A DNA stretch of 64,000 nt from Clostridia bacterium. Its GTDB lineage: Bacteria > Bacillota > Clostridia > Christensenellales > CAG-138. The notes under the pieces are model-generated. The model did not search any database and had not been told where the DNA came from. It saw only the letters and a list, made by a program, of their open reading frames with translations. The position numbers and the translations under genes were made by a program. Shown here in pieces: positions 56,801 to 64,000 of this stretch (position 1 is its first letter; each line of letters starts with the position of its first letter). Location of the stretch: NCBI GenBank assembly GCA_030527165.1, contig JAUNBH010000002.1, positions 22,243 to 86,242 of the forward strand. The letters are read 5' to 3'.

Positions 56801-57330
56801 CCGCGCATGACGATGACCGCATCTCGATGCTCGATGGCGAAGTAGTGCGCGTTGGAGGCATAATAACGTCAATTAAGAAGAAAGCGACGCGGCTGGGCAA
56901 CGCCATGATGGCATATGTCACGCTTGAGGATATGACGGGGATCATAGAATTGGTGGCATTCCCCGCCGCGCTCGAGCGCTTTGAGCCATTGCTCACCGTC
57001 GACAGCGTGGTATGCGTCACGGGCAAGCTGAATGTGCGGGACGGACAGGGTACAAGTCTGTTGGTGGACGATGTGATCCCGCTGACGCACGTCAAGCGCG
57101 AAGCACGGCTCTACCTGCGCATTGACGCGACTAACGAACGCCACATGCAGGCCGCGTTGAATGTGCTCGGCATGTACAAGGGCGACTGCGAGGTAGTCAT
57201 TCGCAATGAGCTGACGAAGAAGACTTCGCTCGCACCCAAGTCCATGTGCGTCAGCGCCAGTGAGCGCATGCTCGGCCAGCTGCGGGAGTTGCTGGGCAGC
57301 GATAATGTAAAGCTTGTTGTCAAGCAGTAG
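53899..57330 (+). CDS. dnaE: DNA polymerase III alpha subunit (DnaE type)
   Basis: PHP domain FTHLHVHTQYSLLDGA, …GPGRGSGVGS…, …PDIDIDF… and a C-terminal OB fold. TTG start at 53899. Confidence 0.93.
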   Translation: MAFTHLHVHTQYSLLDGAARITDLVKRAKQLGMTALAITDHGAMYGVIDFYKACVGAGIKPIIGIETYVAPGSMEERQGVREYAHLVLLAKNQTGYHNLMQLTSLAFTKGFYYKPRIDYELLEQYSEGLICLSACLAGDIPSLLLNERYAEAEELAARLRGTFGEDFYIELQNHGLDEQRTVLPRLADLARKLGIKTVATNDVHYVNRDDAEAQDILLCIQTGRYVEETDRMRMEGDEFYLKSEDEMRKALYGYGESLETTCEIADKCNVEIVFGERRLPNFDVPEGYTSESYLRKLCDDGLSALIPQAGERERERMGYELSVINSMGFADYFLIVADFVAFARKNEIVVGPGRGSGVGSLVAYCLGITGVNPLEYGLLFERLLNPERISMPDIDIDFCFERRQEVIDYVTRKYGKDHVAQIITFGTMAAKGAVKDVGRALHMPYAEVDRIAKLIPNELNITLDRALELSPELRELCAIDPRVRRLIDLSKKLEGLQRHASTHAAGVVIASKPISEYVPLQVNDEAVTTQFTMNALEELGLLKMDFLGLRTLTVIRDTLRFIEASGRRAPDIEKLPFDDQEVYAMISQGDTDGVFQLESGGMRQFMTRLRPDCLEDLIAGISLYRPGPMEQIPNYIKGKHDRQSITYLHESLRPILEPTYGCMVYQEQVMQIVRDLAGYSMGRSDLIRRAMSKKKHDVMARERRNFIYGSPEEGVAGAVANGVPEAVANRIFDEMMDFASYAFNKSHAAAYAVVAYRTAYLSRYYRIEFLTALINSFLGVPDKVSKYINIARQSSIALLAPHVNSSMTRFTVENGAIRFGMSGIKNVGERAVDDIIAERNRGGSFKSMRDFVRRVPGVNKRMIEGLIKAGCFDGLGANRAQLLATYEGTVDGESGSRKLRESGQLSLFDLGGFADAPPELDSLPNQEEFPPRILYTMEKEATGVYISGHPLIEFEKELAGMTAVSELTAHDDDRISMLDGEVVRVGGIITSIKKKATRLGNAMMAYVTLEDMTGIIELVAFPAALERFEPLLTVDSVVCVTGKLNVRDGQGTSLLVDDVIPLTHVKREARLYLRIDATNERHMQAALNVLGMYKGDCEVVIRNELTKKTSLAPKSMCVSASERMLGQLRELLGSDNVKLVVKQ

Positions 57331-57372
57331 CTGTGATATAATCTCTGGAATTTGTTATATGGGAAGGTTAGC

Positions 57373-58338
57373 ATGAGGAAGATAGGCGTATTGACCAGCG
57401 GAGGCGACACACCGGGCATGAATTCGGCCATAAGGGCGGTGTTTAAGGAGGGCGTAAGGCAAAACCTCAACGTACTCGGCATTTTTCACGGGTACAGGGG
57501 GCTTATCGAGGGCAATATACGCGAGCTGACGCATGCGGACGTTGAGAACATAATGCACAAGGGCGGTACGGTGCTGCGGACGGCGCGAAGCGAGGAATTC
57601 AAGACGGACGACGGACTTAAGCGCGCCTTGTCGATGGCAAAAGCGTACAGCATAGAGGGCCTGGTGGTCATAGGGGGCGACGGCAGCTATCGCGGCGCAA
57701 AGCTCCTCAATGACATGGGTGTGCCGACGATAGGCGTTCCCGGTACGATAGACAACGACATGGGTTACACGGATTACACCATAGGGTTCAACACGGCAGT
57801 CAACACCATAACCAATGAGATTTACAACATAAGGGATACCATGCGTGCACACGACCGCGTGGGAGTGATTGAAGTAATGGGCAGGTACTGCGGCGACATA
57901 GCGCTCTGGGCGGGCGTGGCCGGGGGCGCGGACATGATACTCGTTCCCGAATGCCCACTGCCCTGGGAGGATGCGGCGCAGACACTCTACGAGTACAGGC
58001 TCCGCGGCAAGCTGACGAGCATAGTGGTCATGGCGGAGGGTGCGGGCAAGGCGGAGGAGTTCGCGGCGTTCGTGCGCGAAAAGACGGGTATAGATATAAA
58101 GGCCATCGTGCCGGGATACACGCAGCGCGGCGGCAATCCGGTGGCATATGACAGAATACTGGCTTCGCAGTTGGGCCAGCGCGCGGTCGAATTGCTCTGC
58201 GAAGGGCAGTTTGGGCGTGCTGTGGGCACCAAGCGCAACCAGATAATTGACGTTCCATTGGAGGACGCGATAGGCAGGCTCGACTCATTTGACGAGAAGC
58301 TGTACTACTTCAACAACAACGTATTGGCGAAATTCTGA
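57373..58338 (+). CDS. pfkA: ATP-dependent 6-phosphofructokinase
   Basis: GVLTSGGDTPGMN, IGGDGS, PGTIDND and …GYTQRGG…. Confidence 0.92.
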   Translation: MRKIGVLTSGGDTPGMNSAIRAVFKEGVRQNLNVLGIFHGYRGLIEGNIRELTHADVENIMHKGGTVLRTARSEEFKTDDGLKRALSMAKAYSIEGLVVIGGDGSYRGAKLLNDMGVPTIGVPGTIDNDMGYTDYTIGFNTAVNTITNEIYNIRDTMRAHDRVGVIEVMGRYCGDIALWAGVAGGADMILVPECPLPWEDAAQTLYEYRLRGKLTSIVVMAEGAGKAEEFAAFVREKTGIDIKAIVPGYTQRGGNPVAYDRILASQLGQRAVELLCEGQFGRAVGTKRNQIIDVPLEDAIGRLDSFDEKLYYFNNNVLAKF

Positions 58339-59708
58339 TGAAACTTACGCCTCCGGTGCGGATAAATGATAGCATCGAGCTCGCCGTCGACGCGCTGAGC
58401 TCGGAGGGACACGGCATAGGCAGGGTGGCTGGCTATGCCGTGTTTGTGGAGGGCGCGCTTCCCGGGGAGCGCGTGCTGTGCCGCATTACAAAGGCGGGTT
58501 CCACCTATGCGGAGGCGAAGCTTGTGCGCATACTGGCGCCGTCGGACGCGAGGGTAACGCCCAGGTGCGAACACGCGGGCGTATGCGGCGGATGCGGATT
58601 ACAGCACATGGCATATGAAGCGCAGTTGGCGGCGAAGCGGGAGCGTGTAGTCAGCGCACTGGAGCGCATTGGCGGGATAGAGCGGCCGAACGTCGGCGAG
58701 GTCGTGGGAATGGCAGACGCCTGGCGTTACAGGAACAAGGCGAGCTTTCCCGCGTGCGCAGGTGAGTTCGCGGTAGAGTTGGGCTGCTTCGAGCGCAACA
58801 GCAACCGCGTGATAGGAATTGACGACTGCGCCATACAGTGCGAGCGCAGCTTGGAAGTACTGCGCGCCGTAAGGCGCTGGGCGCGCGAGTGCGCAATTGT
58901 CGCATATGACCCGGTGAGCGGCGGGGGAGAGCTGCGCCATGTGGTGACGCGTACCACCTCATTGGGCGAAACGGCGGTGGTAGTAGTTACCGCGCAAGAG
59001 CTTCGGCAGGGCGAGGCGCTCGTAGCGCGTCTGGTTGCGGATGTGCCCGGCGTGACGTCGGTCGTGAGCAACATAAACCGCGCCCGCTCAAGCGTAATAC
59101 TGGGTGAGCGCTTCCGCACGCTCTACGGCGCGCCATACACGCATGAGCGCATACTCGGCAGTGACTTTGATGTAAGCGCGCCCTCGTTTTTGCAGGTGAA
59201 CCACGCGCAGACGGAGAAGCTGTATGCGCACGCCATGTCGCTCTTGCAGCCGCACGGCGATGAGCTCGTGTACGACGCGTATTGCGGCATAGGCACTCTG
59301 TCTGTCGCCTTGGCGAAGCGAGTCGGTCGCGTAGTAGGCATAGAGTGCGTTGAAGCGGCCGTCGCGGATGCGAGGCGCAACGCGAAGAAGAACGGTGCGG
59401 CAAATGCGGAGTTCTACTGTGGCTTGGTCGAAGAGAAGCTTCCGCAGCTCTTGGCAAAGGGAATGCTCCCTGACGCGATTGTCCTGGATCCTCCGCGAAA
59501 GGGCTGCGAGCGCGCCGCCATAGAAGCGATAGCCTGCAGCTCGGCGCGCAGCATAGTGTACATATCCTGCAACCCATCTACATTGGCGCGCGACTGCAAA
59601 CACCTGCGCCAGGCAGGATACGACATAGTGTGCGCCCAACCCTTTGACATGTTTCCGCATACGACGCACGTCGAATCCGTAATATTGCTCTCACGTGCCG
59701 GCCGGTAA
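58338..59708 (+). CDS. rlmD: 23S rRNA (uracil-5-)-methyltransferase RlmD/RumA family
   Basis: N-terminal TRAM domain, a 4Fe-4S cysteine cluster (C…CGGCGLQH), SAM fold …YCGIGT…, VLDPPRKGC and the catalytic …ISCNPSTLARD. Confidence 0.88.
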   Translation: MKLTPPVRINDSIELAVDALSSEGHGIGRVAGYAVFVEGALPGERVLCRITKAGSTYAEAKLVRILAPSDARVTPRCEHAGVCGGCGLQHMAYEAQLAAKRERVVSALERIGGIERPNVGEVVGMADAWRYRNKASFPACAGEFAVELGCFERNSNRVIGIDDCAIQCERSLEVLRAVRRWARECAIVAYDPVSGGGELRHVVTRTTSLGETAVVVVTAQELRQGEALVARLVADVPGVTSVVSNINRARSSVILGERFRTLYGAPYTHERILGSDFDVSAPSFLQVNHAQTEKLYAHAMSLLQPHGDELVYDAYCGIGTLSVALAKRVGRVVGIECVEAAVADARRNAKKNGAANAEFYCGLVEEKLPQLLAKGMLPDAIVLDPPRKGCERAAIEAIACSSARSIVYISCNPSTLARDCKHLRQAGYDIVCAQPFDMFPHTTHVESVILLSRAGR

Positions 59709-59944
59709 TGTGTAAAGGGGCCGTATTTACGGTTTTCCCAGGCGTTAGTGCGTCAGCTTCAAAGAGCGGATTTGACTACATAAATCGTGCCGACAGAACA
59801 GTCAATCGTTCCAATCGGAATGTTGATGAGCCATTTTGATGTCATTGGGTTGAGTTAGCGATATAGCTGCTTTTGCGGTAGGGCTGAGTTGGTGATTTGG
59901 ATAACGGCGGGTTGTGGCTGTGATTTAGGTGGCGAGGTTAGAAA

Positions 59945-60907
59945 ATGGAACTGTGGGACGCATACAATAAGGACTTAGAAGTGATTAAGGGTATGACACT
60001 CGTTCGCGGGGAGGCGATTCCGAACGGAGTCTATCATCTCGTAAGCGACGTTATCGTCAGACATGCAGATGGCACATATCTCCTAATGCAGCGTGACAGT
60101 GGAAAGCGCTTTGGTGGAATGTGGGAAGCAACAGCCGGAGGTTCAGCCCTGCAAGGAGAAGGCTCTCTTGCCTGCGCCGTAAGAGAGCTGCAGGAGGAAA
60201 CCGGAATCGAGTCTGAAGCCTTGACGGAGATTGGTCGTGTTGTCGACCCGGAAAACCGTACGATTTACGTTGAGTTCATTTGTATGACAGATTGCGATAA
60301 GGACAGCATTGTCCTTCAGGAAAGCGAGACGTCGGCGTTTAGATGGGTCACAAAAGATGAGCTGATTTCCATGAAGAAGGCTGAACTGGTAACAGAGCGG
60401 ATGCATGGATTTATTGGTGAGTTGAGGCCGTCCGATATATCTTATGTCGCCGGCAACGATAAATTCAATTATCGGGTTTGCGGAATCATGATCCATGATG
60501 ACAAGATTCTTGCCATGCATGATGAGCGATCTCCGTACTACTATCTGCCCGGTGGCAGAGTAAAAATGGGTGAAACGGCAGAACAGGCGATTTTGAGAGA
60601 GATCGAGGAGGAATTGGGCATCGCACCGCGCATTATCCGTCCTCTGTGGCTTAATCAAGGCTTCTTTACCGAGGATGTGGATGAGCTGCATTATCATGAA
60701 CTCTGCGTATATTTCCTGCTCGATGCAGATGGTACCGGAGTGCTGGATAAGGGCGAGAAGTTTACTCTCCATGAGAGACATCATACACATGCGTTTGAAT
60801 GGCTGGATTTCGACCGGCTTAAGGACGAATACTTTTATCCGGTTTTCCTGAAAACGGAGATAACCAACCTTCCGGGGAACTTCACCATGCGGACGGAGAT
60901 TGAGTGA
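59945..60907 (+). CDS. Tandem-Nudix hydrolase (two Nudix boxes)
   Basis: Box 1 is GGSALQGEGSLACAVRELQEETGI and box 2 is PGGRVKMGETAEQAILREIEEELGI. It lies in a lower-GC stretch. Confidence 0.8.
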   Translation: MELWDAYNKDLEVIKGMTLVRGEAIPNGVYHLVSDVIVRHADGTYLLMQRDSGKRFGGMWEATAGGSALQGEGSLACAVRELQEETGIESEALTEIGRVVDPENRTIYVEFICMTDCDKDSIVLQESETSAFRWVTKDELISMKKAELVTERMHGFIGELRPSDISYVAGNDKFNYRVCGIMIHDDKILAMHDERSPYYYLPGGRVKMGETAEQAILREIEEELGIAPRIIRPLWLNQGFFTEDVDELHYHELCVYFLLDADGTGVLDKGEKFTLHERHHTHAFEWLDFDRLKDEYFYPVFLKTEITNLPGNFTMRTEIE

Positions 60908-60909
60908 TC

Positions 60910-61347
60910 ATGGAAATCAGATTATACGAAGACGGATACCGGGATGATATTATATTCATGGTTTTACAGGCCAAGGACGCGCTTGGAAGATTACCGAGCA
61001 TCAATGAAGACCTGCTCGATATAAAAACCAATTATTTTGGCCGTGGGGGTGAGTTCTGGATCGCGGTGGATGACAATGACCGTGTGATCGGTTGTGGAGG
61101 ATATTCAATAATCGAAGGTACAAAAGAGGCATATGTCCATCGGCTGTATGTAAAAGCATCCGAGAAACACAAAGGTATCGGTTCTGCGCTTCTCGATGCG
61201 ATAGAGGCGGGAATGCGCATCAGCGGTATTACTGTTGCGAGGGTGCATCTTGGAACCCCACCAGAGCAGTGGTATGAATCCTATTCGTTCTATCCGAAGC
61301 GCGGATACGTTGAGTACAAACCAGGATACATGATGAAGGAGCTTTGA
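60910..61347 (+). CDS. GNAT-family N-acetyltransferase
   Basis: …LYVKASEKHKGIGSALLDAIE… acetyl-CoA-binding core. The start is ATG 60910 or GTG 60904, which overlaps the Nudix stop. Confidence 0.75.
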   Translation: MEIRLYEDGYRDDIIFMVLQAKDALGRLPSINEDLLDIKTNYFGRGGEFWIAVDDNDRVIGCGGYSIIEGTKEAYVHRLYVKASEKHKGIGSALLDAIEAGMRISGITVARVHLGTPPEQWYESYSFYPKRGYVEYKPGYMMKEL

Positions 61348-61422
61348 ATAATAATACCCAATGGCTCCCGCACTGCCACAGGGCGGGGCCGGTGGACGAA
61401 TAAGCCATTTGGGAGGGTGTTT

Positions 61423-61911
61423 GTGGTTATACAGAGAGTGACATTGGATGACGCTCTCGCGATAGGGCGCTTAGTGGCGGATTTCCGAGTTGAGCTCAAC
61501 AGTTATCGCGGGATACGGTCAGAGCCCAACGCCCGCGAGGGCGAAGCGGAAATCGTCGAGTGTTTGAATGCCTCGTATCCGGCATGGGCGGCGGTTGCAG
61601 GCGGAGAGTATGCGGGCTACATTCTGTGCAAGGTAGACGGTTCCTGCGTATGGGTAGAGCATTTGTTCGTGCGCAGAGAGCACAGGCGGAGCGGCGTTGC
61701 CTCGCGGCTGTTTGCGAAGGCGGAGGAACTTGCCGCATCGCACGGAGAGGACACCGTGTTCAACTGCATTCATCCCAACAATTGCGGCGTGATAGCGTTC
61801 CTGAAGAAACACGGATACACGGTGCTCAACCTCATAGAGATAAGAAAACCGTATGCAGCCGAGGCGCTTACGGGGAAAATCAAAGTAGCGGACTGCGAGT
61901 TTGATTATTAG
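61423..61911 (+). CDS. GNAT-family N-acetyltransferase
   Basis: …LFVRREHRRSGVASRLFAKAEE… core. The GTG at 61423, 6 nt after GGGAGG, is preferred to the GTG at 61417. Confidence 0.7.
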   Translation: MVIQRVTLDDALAIGRLVADFRVELNSYRGIRSEPNAREGEAEIVECLNASYPAWAAVAGGEYAGYILCKVDGSCVWVEHLFVRREHRRSGVASRLFAKAEELAASHGEDTVFNCIHPNNCGVIAFLKKHGYTVLNLIEIRKPYAAEALTGKIKVADCEFDY

Positions 61912-62048
61912 GCGAAGCGCCCTGGAGGTACGCTGCGGCGTGTGCCGTCACCAAAACGAACACAAGGTGCTGCGGCGGAGCATTGAAACCGCCGCGCCAT
62001 AAACCCGGCGCATTCGGGTGGAGGGAGCGCCTTTCCGATAAATACGCC

Positions 62049-62774
62049 TTACAGCCCGCCCGCTTTTAGCGCAGCGCGGTCGAGGAATGCGCGTATCTCA
62101 TCCGGCGAGAAGCGGGCAAGGCAGTCTATTATGGACAGCCGCCATTCGTCGCCGTAGCTGATCTCCGCTATGGGCGCCGAGTCCATAAAGCGAAGGTCGA
62201 TGCCCCATGACGCGAACTGCGCCGCGCTGTACAATTCCTCCCCGCCGGGCAGGTTGATGTATGTGGACGCGTTTACCGCCTTGCACAGGTTGAGAATACG
62301 TTCGGTAGCATCGCCTCCCTCGCAGGCGGGCAAAAGCTCAGACGCTGTCGCAAACTCGGTTTTCACACCCAGATAATCGCATATAACGCGCAGCGAGTTG
62401 AGGTTGAAGCGCGCCAAATTCCTGTCCGGAAATGAAAACGCTTCGCGTAGCAGCTCAACGGCGGCGTCGAGATAGGGCGCGCCGGCGTAGCACATGGAGA
62501 GCGTCTTTAGCAGGCGCTCCTGCGCTTCCGTCACGCCGTCGGAGTAGTAAGTGTCACACATGTTGGTCTGCTGCGGCGCGCTGACGACGGGGAACGTAAA
62601 GAAGCCGGCAGCGGACGCGCGCCTGTCGACGATTATGCGGTTTCTGTTCATCCAGCGGCGCTTGACGTATTGCACATTGTCCAGCGATATAAACACATCG
62701 CATGCATTTATGAGTTGGAAATAGCCTATATAGGGAAACAGATAGGGCTGCATAACAGCCGCCGTAACGCCCAT
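62049..62774 (-). CDS. WbqC-family protein
   Basis: …MQPYLFPYIGYFQLINACDVFISLDNVQYVKRRWMNRNRI… is the characteristic WbqC N-terminus. The ATG at 62774 is 4 nt after GGAGGT. Confidence 0.75.
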   Translation of the reverse strand: MGVTAAVMQPYLFPYIGYFQLINACDVFISLDNVQYVKRRWMNRNRIIVDRRASAAGFFTFPVVSAPQQTNMCDTYYSDGVTEAQERLLKTLSMCYAGAPYLDAAVELLREAFSFPDRNLARFNLNSLRVICDYLGVKTEFATASELLPACEGGDATERILNLCKAVNASTYINLPGGEELYSAAQFASWGIDLRFMDSAPIAEISYGDEWRLSIIDCLARFSPDEIRAFLDRAALKAGGL

Positions 62775-62893
62775 TGGAACCTCCGCGGAAGTATTGGTGA
62801 GCATGTGTGCCGCGCAGCCATGCCGCTCTGATTATAGCACACACTGCCCTGATGTCAACGCGCGGCGCACCGTGGGTCAATTCGCGGGATAGC

Positions 62894-63999
62894 TCAGCCC
62901 AGCATCCGCTCCGCCAGCATGTCGAAGTAGGCGGGGCCGTAGGATAGGTATTCCTCGCAAAACGCAATGCGGTCGAATCCGGAACCGGCCGCGCTCCGGC
63001 AGGCGTCGTAGAGCTCGCGGTATTGCGCGTATCCAAGCGCGTACTCGAGTATGTACATGGGATGGTCGACGGCCAACTCGAAAACGTAGTTCGCGTAATC
63101 CCCATACGGCATTCCGAGCTGCGCGAGCGTGTTGAACACAGCGGTCTCATCCCAGCCGTAGGCATTGACGCCTATGCTTGCGATTGCCGGCAGTATCACG
63201 GAGGTGATCATTGAGTTGGTGAAGGCCACGCTGCCCACCCATCTGTCAAAGCTGCTGTTGGTGTAGACGAATTCCTCCGCCGCTTGGGACCAGCCCTCAC
63301 TGTACGCCGTCAGCGGCGCGACACCCGCAAACAGCCCGACGTGGTCGAGATTGCGCTGATAGACGTACTGGTACAAGTGCCCGGGGTAGCCCTCGTGCGC
63401 CAGCGTCAGCAGCAGCGAATTGCTCTCCGCTATGCTCGAAGGATTGAGTATGATGGTATTGTGGTAGGCGTCGTCTATTGGCGGTATGAGGTATGCAGCG
63501 GGGCTTACGAAATCGGCGAGTTCATCTGGTATCAGCACATAATCCACCTCGTGCGCGGGGAGCTCTGGATAAGTGCCCTCGATTAGTTCGCGCAGATAGC
63601 GGATGTTGTCGTCGACGGAGCCGAGCGTGAAGTTTGTAGTAGCGTATTCATCGACGCTGGAGGGGTTTGCGGACATCGCGCGCTGCATATCGCTCATCAG
63701 CTTTGTGTAGCAGTCGTCGAGCAGCGCATACGCTTCGCTCACCGAGAGATTTCCGCAAGACACAATGCGGAGTTCGTTTGCGAAGTAATCCGCCCCGCCC
63801 TCGTAGGCGTGCAGACCCTCGTCAGTCGTCGAGCTGCCCTTGAGAGAGGCGATACAGGCTTCTAAACGCTCATAAGCGGGAAACACGATGTCGAAGACGG
63901 CGTCGAGGTTGCGCTGCTTATACAGCGCGGCTTCGTCGTCCGACAGGAAATCGAGCTCGTCGATTGCAGAGTCAAAAGTGCCTATCAGAAAACAATTCG
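62894..63999 (-). CDS. DUF885-family protein, C-terminal part (5' end lies outside the window)
   Basis: …LTLAHEGYPGHLYQ… (HExxPGH motif of DUF885). The reading frame stays open from the GTG at 63886 to the right edge (…FLSDDEAALYKQRNLDAVFDIVFPAYE…). Confidence 0.7.
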   Translation of the reverse strand, partial: NCFLIGTFDSAIDELDFLSDDEAALYKQRNLDAVFDIVFPAYERLEACIASLKGSSTTDEGLHAYEGGADYFANELRIVSCGNLSVSEAYALLDDCYTKLMSDMQRAMSANPSSVDEYATTNFTLGSVDDNIRYLRELIEGTYPELPAHEVDYVLIPDELADFVSPAAYLIPPIDDAYHNTIILNPSSIAESNSLLLTLAHEGYPGHLYQYVYQRNLDHVGLFAGVAPLTAYSEGWSQAAEEFVYTNSSFDRWVGSVAFTNSMITSVILPAIASIGVNAYGWDETAVFNTLAQLGMPYGDYANYVFELAVDHPMYILEYALGYAQYRELYDACRSAAGSGFDRIAFCEEYLSYGPAYFDMLAERMLG

Positions 64000-64000
64000 C

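Noticed and set aside
1-63999. A window-wide look for tRNA, rRNA, CRISPR arrays, transposases, integrases, prophage genes, toxin-antitoxin pairs and known defence-system genes.
   Set aside because: I found no cloverleaf or T-loop signature, no regularly spaced direct repeats, and no recombinase, phage or defence motifs in any plausible ORF.

Overview
The window is a chromosomal segment from a visibly GC-rich, endospore-forming Firmicute that looks Clostridia-like: spoIIGA-sigE, gpr and ylmC/ymxH are all present. I saw no rRNA, tRNA, CRISPR array, transposase or integrase. Most of it is core metabolism and housekeeping. In order, it holds a pstS(partial)CAB-phoU operon with a PhoP/PhoR-like two-component pair, and a complete minus-strand pyrB-I-C-F-K-D-E operon. 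Next come a P-type cation ATPase behind a candidate yybP-ykoY (Mn2+) riboswitch, lying convergent with a CDF exporter, then an acyl-CoA-ligase/E2-like acyltransferase pair and a heterodimeric ABC exporter. Further on are gpr, secA-prfB (with the classical +1 frameshift), yajC, spoIIGA-sigE, murB-rapZ-whiA-dnaE-pfkA-rlmD, and two small low-GC islets carrying GNAT/Nudix genes. The stand-out region is an ~8.3 kb, eight-gene, co-directional locus at 25.9-34.2 kb. It encodes a SipW-type (ER/archaeal-type) signal peptidase I and five paralogous proteins with TasA/camelysin-like SipW-cognate signal peptides. It also encodes a sixth TasA-fold paralogue with an ordinary signal peptide and a PPxTG-type cell-wall sorting signal, and a 1,122-aa vWA (MIDAS) protein. 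I read this as a candidate heteropolymeric TasA-like fibre or pilus system with an adhesin and a wall anchor, organised like a sortase pilus island but built on SipW/TasA components. A second candidate is a four-gene envelope module translationally coupled to prfB: an alpha/beta-hydrolase, an HHxxxDG acyltransferase, a zinc-ribbon polytopic membrane protein and a DUF368 protein. All family assignments come from motif recognition by eye. No database search was possible.
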